Program-made: the position numbers and the translations under genes
In this document: in pieces, positions 36,875-40,850 of the stretch
Position numbering within the stretch: the first letter of the stretch is position 1
Layout of the letters: each line of letters begins with the position of its first letter
The notes under the pieces: generated by a model
What the model saw: only the letters and a program-made list of their open reading frames with translations
Database searches by the model: none
Told to the model about the DNA's origin: nothing
Source of the DNA: Vitrella brassicaformis CCMP3155
Taxonomy: Eukaryota > Protista > Chromerida
Length of the DNA: 40,850 nucleotides
NCBI GenBank assembly: GCA_001179505.1
Contig: CDMY01000623.1
Coordinates: forward strand, 1-40,850
Direction: 5' to 3'

Positions 36875-38616
36875 CTAGATAATCAGCTGTCGGGGATTGA
36901 GGTTGGTGTAGAGTATGTCTGTGCCGACATCTCGTCTCGTGAGCATGGTGCGGAGGTCCGTACGCGAGACTGACTTGGAGGGTCGGCAGGAGTAATTCAT
37001 CCCCTGCCAGAAATCAAGCACGCCCTCTGGCGTGTCACCCGCATCCGCGAGCAGTATCCTGTCATTATATCATGACGACAGACACGATACATGTTTGTTC
37101 GATGAATGTGGCTTTCGTATCTGAAGCGATATATATTAGGTACCTGGACACTTCGTGGAACACATACTTAACACGCTTCAGCACGTCACGGGCACCTGAT
37201 TATTGACATTGTGACGGAGAGGAGAATGGACCCACGCCAGCCATTGATTGATGTATCTGGCTGGGTGCGCCTACCTCGAAGGGCTTTAAGTTCGGCTCCC
37301 TCGACGTCCAATTTCATCATCCAGGGCGACACACCAGCCAGCATGTCGTCCAACAACACCGTCTGCACCTGCAGATCAATCAAAGAAACACGAATATCGC
37401 GCAAACAGGCACTGAGGCCACTGTTCCATCCATCCATCCATACATCGTGTCGGCGTATGAGGCCGTTCCTCTTGAGCACATCAGAAGAAGAATTGCCGCA
37501 CAAAGTATGACCTGCACAGCACCGCCCACACACTCTGGCCATCTGAATACATATGTGTGTGGTATATAACTAACTGACCATCTAGGGTGTTTCCAGCGTC
37601 TGCACGAGGGAAGAAAAGGTGCAGGCAGAGATCATTCTGAATCAGCTTGATGTGATGCCACTTACCTGACGCGACAAGGCATCTGAACAGTCACCGAAAA
37701 GCACCAGACGTCAGGTCACGTAATGACGCGCGTGTCTGGGCCATTCATTCTCACCTCTCGTACTTGTCTCCCGCTGCGAATGGGTATACTTCGATATCCG
37801 GGATGGCGGAGCCCTCAAAGCTGTTGGCGGGCAGGTGTGCGGACCTTGTGGTCGCGTATATGTTGCGAAGCATTGCCTCGAAGCCTGCACCAGACATACA
37901 GACAGACACACATCCACATGTTGACAGCGATAGATACAAGAGATTGCAAAGCAACATCCATCATATATCTACAGGGCTATATATATATATATGGTTCTGT
38001 GCGTACTGTATGTCTTTGTACCGATGACTTTATACCCCAGTGCTGCGATATTCAGAGCGTACCATCCCTCCTCCACGCCCACATCCACAAACACGCAACG
38101 AGCGTCACCGGGGGACCCGCACTCCTGAACACACAACAGACACACTCCATAATCTGCCCTTCCGCACCCTCCTGCCCCGCCCCTTTTCACCCTCATTTTG
38201 TCAGCGCTGGCCATGGTCTGTTCCTTCTCCCATCCTCCCCGACCTCTCCTAATAGCGTCGCTCACTATGTTTCTGGTCTGCGGCACGCACATCGAAAACA
38301 GGCGCTCCGGGCTGCCGGCGGCTGTCGGGGCTCGGAAGGTCCTTTCGCCACAGTTTTCCACGGCCTGGACCTCCCTGTCGTAGCCGTTGATGCTCTGCAC
38401 CAGATACTCCACCAACGCGGCCGCGGTGGACCGCTCATCCTCCATTGATGTGCCCTGCTGGTGGTGGTGGTGGTGGTGCTGCTGTCGAAAATGCCGGTAC
38501 AGAAAATGCCGTTGGCGGAGGAGGGACAAGGGAGCAAGCACGACGCCAAACAGGACCAACAGGGCCAGTGAGACAATGAGGCATCCTCCAATTGAGGCGT
38601 AGACCAGTGTGTGCAT
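36875..38616 (-). CDS. FkbM-family (Methyltransf_21) SAM methyltransferase with an N-terminal membrane anchor
   Basis: TM segment IGGCLIVSLALLVLFGVVLAPL; FVDVGVEEGWYALNIAALGYKVI, FEAMLRN, VQTVLLDD, MMKLDVEGAELKALRGA..VKYVFHE; TAG at 36875-36877. The start could lie further upstream, toward the gap. Confidence 0.87.
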
Positions 38617-38782
38617 TGGGTCACGGCAATAACCCCTCGAAACTCCGGCCGTTGGCAGCCTGAGCACGCCTGCGTGCGGTGGCGTACGTACTCGCAGCCG
38701 CAGCGACGCGCACACAGACACACGGGTGTCGGTACTCACGAGGCGAGATCCGCCCATAGTGGTGCATCCTCCAAGCATCCCC

Positions 38783-39082
38783 NNNNNNNNNNNNNNNNNN
38801 NNNNNNNNNNNNNNNNNNNNNNNNNNNNNNNNNNNNNNNNNNNNNNNNNNNNNNNNNNNNNNNNNNNNNNNNNNNNNNNNNNNNNNNNNNNNNNNNNNNN
38901 NNNNNNNNNNNNNNNNNNNNNNNNNNNNNNNNNNNNNNNNNNNNNNNNNNNNNNNNNNNNNNNNNNNNNNNNNNNNNNNNNNNNNNNNNNNNNNNNNNNN
39001 NNNNNNNNNNNNNNNNNNNNNNNNNNNNNNNNNNNNNNNNNNNNNNNNNNNNNNNNNNNNNNNNNNNNNNNNNNNNNNNNNN
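38783..39082. other. Assembly gap (300 N)
   Basis: N run. Confidence 0.98.
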
Positions 39083-39164
39083 TCGAGGCTTGCGCAGGGT
39101 GGTGCGGTTCGTCCTCCTCCCCGATGCGAGTTTCTCAGGGAGATCTTCCGTCGGCCAGGGAGCC

Positions 39165-39386
39165 GGTCCATCGACTTCAACGCCCCTGCTGCTGGATCCA
39201 TCGACTTCGACGCCCCTGTTGCTGGATCCATCGACTTCGACGCCCCTGCTGCCGGATCCATCGACTTCGACCCCCCTGCTGCTGCGAGTGTGCTGCTGGA
39301 CCCACGACTTCAAAGCCCCTGCTGCGGGATCCATCGACTTCAACGCCCCTGCTGCTGGATCCATCGACTTCAACGCCCCTGCTACT
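39165..39386. repeat. Minisatellite, about 7 copies of 30-nt GGATCCATCGACTTCAACGCCCCTGCTGCT
   Basis: Units start at 39165, 39194, 39224, 39254, 39298, 39327 and 39357, with a 14-nt interruption at 39284-39297. Confidence 0.95.
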
Positions 39387-39554
39387 GGAGCCAGGACGAC
39401 AGCGAGTCGTCTCTACCCAAGGACGAGGAGAACGACAACTGACAGACAGTAACAGCCACCGAGTCACAGCAGGACTCGGTTGGCGTCATGATGTCGGCCC
39501 CCCGTGTGGGACTCGCTAGCAGCTAAATTAAAGCAAGCCGCAACACCTACTGTT

Positions 39555-40015
39555 CAACGACTCGCAACGCCAAACAACATCCGGGCCGCCGAGCGGCCAT
39601 CTATCCGCACGACACGAAAGAAAGCCGCCATGCGGCCGAGCAACCAGCTATCCACACGACACGGAAGCCGCCGAGCGGCGACTCGTACGCCAGACGACAC
39701 TCGAACCGCCAAGCGGTCAGAAGCAGTGCAACGCATCGGCAAAAATGAGTGGCAAGAGAGCCACCGCGCGGCGACTCGTACGCCAGACGACACTCGGACC
39801 GCCGAGCGGTCAGCTATCCACATGAGACGAAAGCCGCCGAGCGGCGACTCACAACGATAAACGACACTCGGGCCGCCAAGCGGTCAGCTATCCACACGAC
39901 ACGAAAGCCGCGAGCGGCGACTCGTAACGGCAGATGACACTCGGGCCGCCAAGCGGTCAGCTATCCACGGAGTAGCGCAACGAATCGACAAAAAGAGTGG
40001 CGAGAGAGCCACCGA
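39555..40015. repeat. Degenerate tandem repeat, 73-nt period with two GCCGCC(G/A)AGCGG half-units
   Basis: gcggcgactc at 39675, 39768, 39841 and 39914; a second block cgcaacg..gagtggc..gagagccaccg is repeated near 39728 and 39976. Confidence 0.9.
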
Positions 40016-40515
40016 AATCGACAAGAAGCAGACGGGCGGCCGAGCAGGCAGATCCCTACGCCGAGCACTTCACCAGCAGGCGAACCGCCAAACGGTCTCC
40101 TGTTCGCAAGGGACAGCGAAGAACGTTAACAGCAGGCAACGTGCCCTGTTTGTAAAGCCGCACAAGTGGCGCAGCAGATGAGCGTTTGCGCCGGCAGGCT
40201 TGTATCGAAGGGGCAGCCAGCCTCGCAGCGACAAAACAGAGCCTTCTCGAGCTCGAATTCAGTTAACAACTCCTTCCATAATATCGTCTCACATCAAAAT
40301 CCCTTCTCTAGTAGTGTCTCCCCTCTTCCCCACTGCGACGGCAATCGAGAGGGTCGAAAGTCGCACATCGCGCGGCGACCGACTGCCCACGGTAGGCATA
40401 TCATCGAGAGAACGGGAGGCGCGCCCCCCTCAAGTTCCGTCCGAGACAAAAAAAAAGTAGCAAAGAGAGACAGCACAACGATTTCGAGGGATCGATAAGT
40501 TTGTACGCTCGTACC

Positions 40516-40529
40516 TGATGTCAGAAGTG
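40516..40529 (+). promoter_or_regulatory. Primer-binding-site-like sequence for tRNA-Leu(CAA)
   Basis: TGATGTCAGAAGTG matches 13 of 14 bases of TGGTGTCAGAAGTG, the complement of the vertebrate-type tRNA-Leu(CAA) 3' end as recalled. The host tRNA was not checked. Confidence 0.5.
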
Positions 40530-40540
40530 CAAGTCGGTCC

Positions 40541-40560
40541 AGGGTTTAGGGCCTAGGGTT
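40541..40560. repeat. Degenerate telomere-like tract AGGGTTTAGGGCCTAGGGTT
   Basis: Read directly; 11 nt after the PBS-like site. Confidence 0.55.
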
Positions 40561-40850
40561 CATAGACCGACGATCCACTGATCTGTGAGACAGGACGGCT
40601 GTTGAGTCTTTGTCCGTTCCATGAGACAGGCCATGGCGGACAGGACGTCAGACAGGATGGACTGACGCATACTACATGTCCTACGTGGACTCTCCACAAA
40701 ATCCACAGACCTTACGTTGCATTGACTTAATCCTTTATCCGGGACTGACCGCCCGGCAGATCCTCTCTTCACCATTCTCCCCGACTCTCTCCCACCTATT
40801 CTTACATGGGCGCAGCAATCTGGTTTGTCTTTTCCGCCTGATCGGCAGTT

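Larger units (their letters stand above)
39492..40850 (+). mobile_element. Probable 5' LTR and leader of an LTR retrotransposon
   Basis: Intron-free, microsatellite-free kilobase with internal tandem repeats, a TG start candidate at 39492, ending ..cgtacc immediately before a PBS-like site at 40516. No gag or pol is visible in the window. Confidence 0.4.

Noticed and set aside
33258-38616. FMO plus FkbM methyltransferase as a biosynthetic cluster
   Set aside because: Convergent, separated by about 1.8 kb, no scaffold synthase nearby, and the predicted compartments differ.
37969-39519. Long ORFs spanning the N gaps (also 18967-19644)
   Set aside because: Artefacts of translating through N runs.
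39165-40015. CRISPR array interpretation of the 30-nt and 73-nt repeats
   Set aside because: Contiguous tandem units without unique spacers, no cas genes, eukaryotic context.

Overview
Eukaryotic, GC-rich, very intron-dense genomic DNA. The introns are short and packed with microsatellites ((AC)n/(GT)n, (GACA)n, (GGAT)n, (CAGT)n). This style, a plastid-targeted DUF1995 gene with a bipartite leader and a characteristic ankyrin family point to a chromerid alveolate, most likely Vitrella brassicaformis (inference, no database search). Gene models were assembled by eye from GT/GC-AG sites and reading-frame phase, so multi-exon CDS coordinates are gene spans. Well-supported genes: PRMT1 (-), an EF-hand Na/Ca exchanger of NCL type (+), ABHD18/DUF2048 hydrolase (+), S10 serine carboxypeptidase (-), DUF1995 protein (+), flavin-containing monooxygenase (+) and FkbM methyltransferase (-). 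Also present: a frameshifted ankyrin gene, a helical-repeat (HPR/RAP-like) protein, two secreted proteins of unknown function (one GNAT-like), a 1.4 kb duplication of the DUF1995 3' exons, two 300-N gaps, and a probable LTR retroelement start at the right end. Most interesting signals: (1) introns with AC-rich 5' and GT-rich 3' halves that can base-pair and often lack a polypyrimidine tract; (2) two chimeric or duplication junctions lying exactly in such (GT)n tracts, suggesting microsatellite-driven exon shuffling; (3) a +1 frameshift that a donor 20 nt away would exactly compensate; (4) degenerate telomere-like TTTAGGG tracts near 5' ends of transcription units. No CRISPR array, rRNA or tRNA gene was seen.
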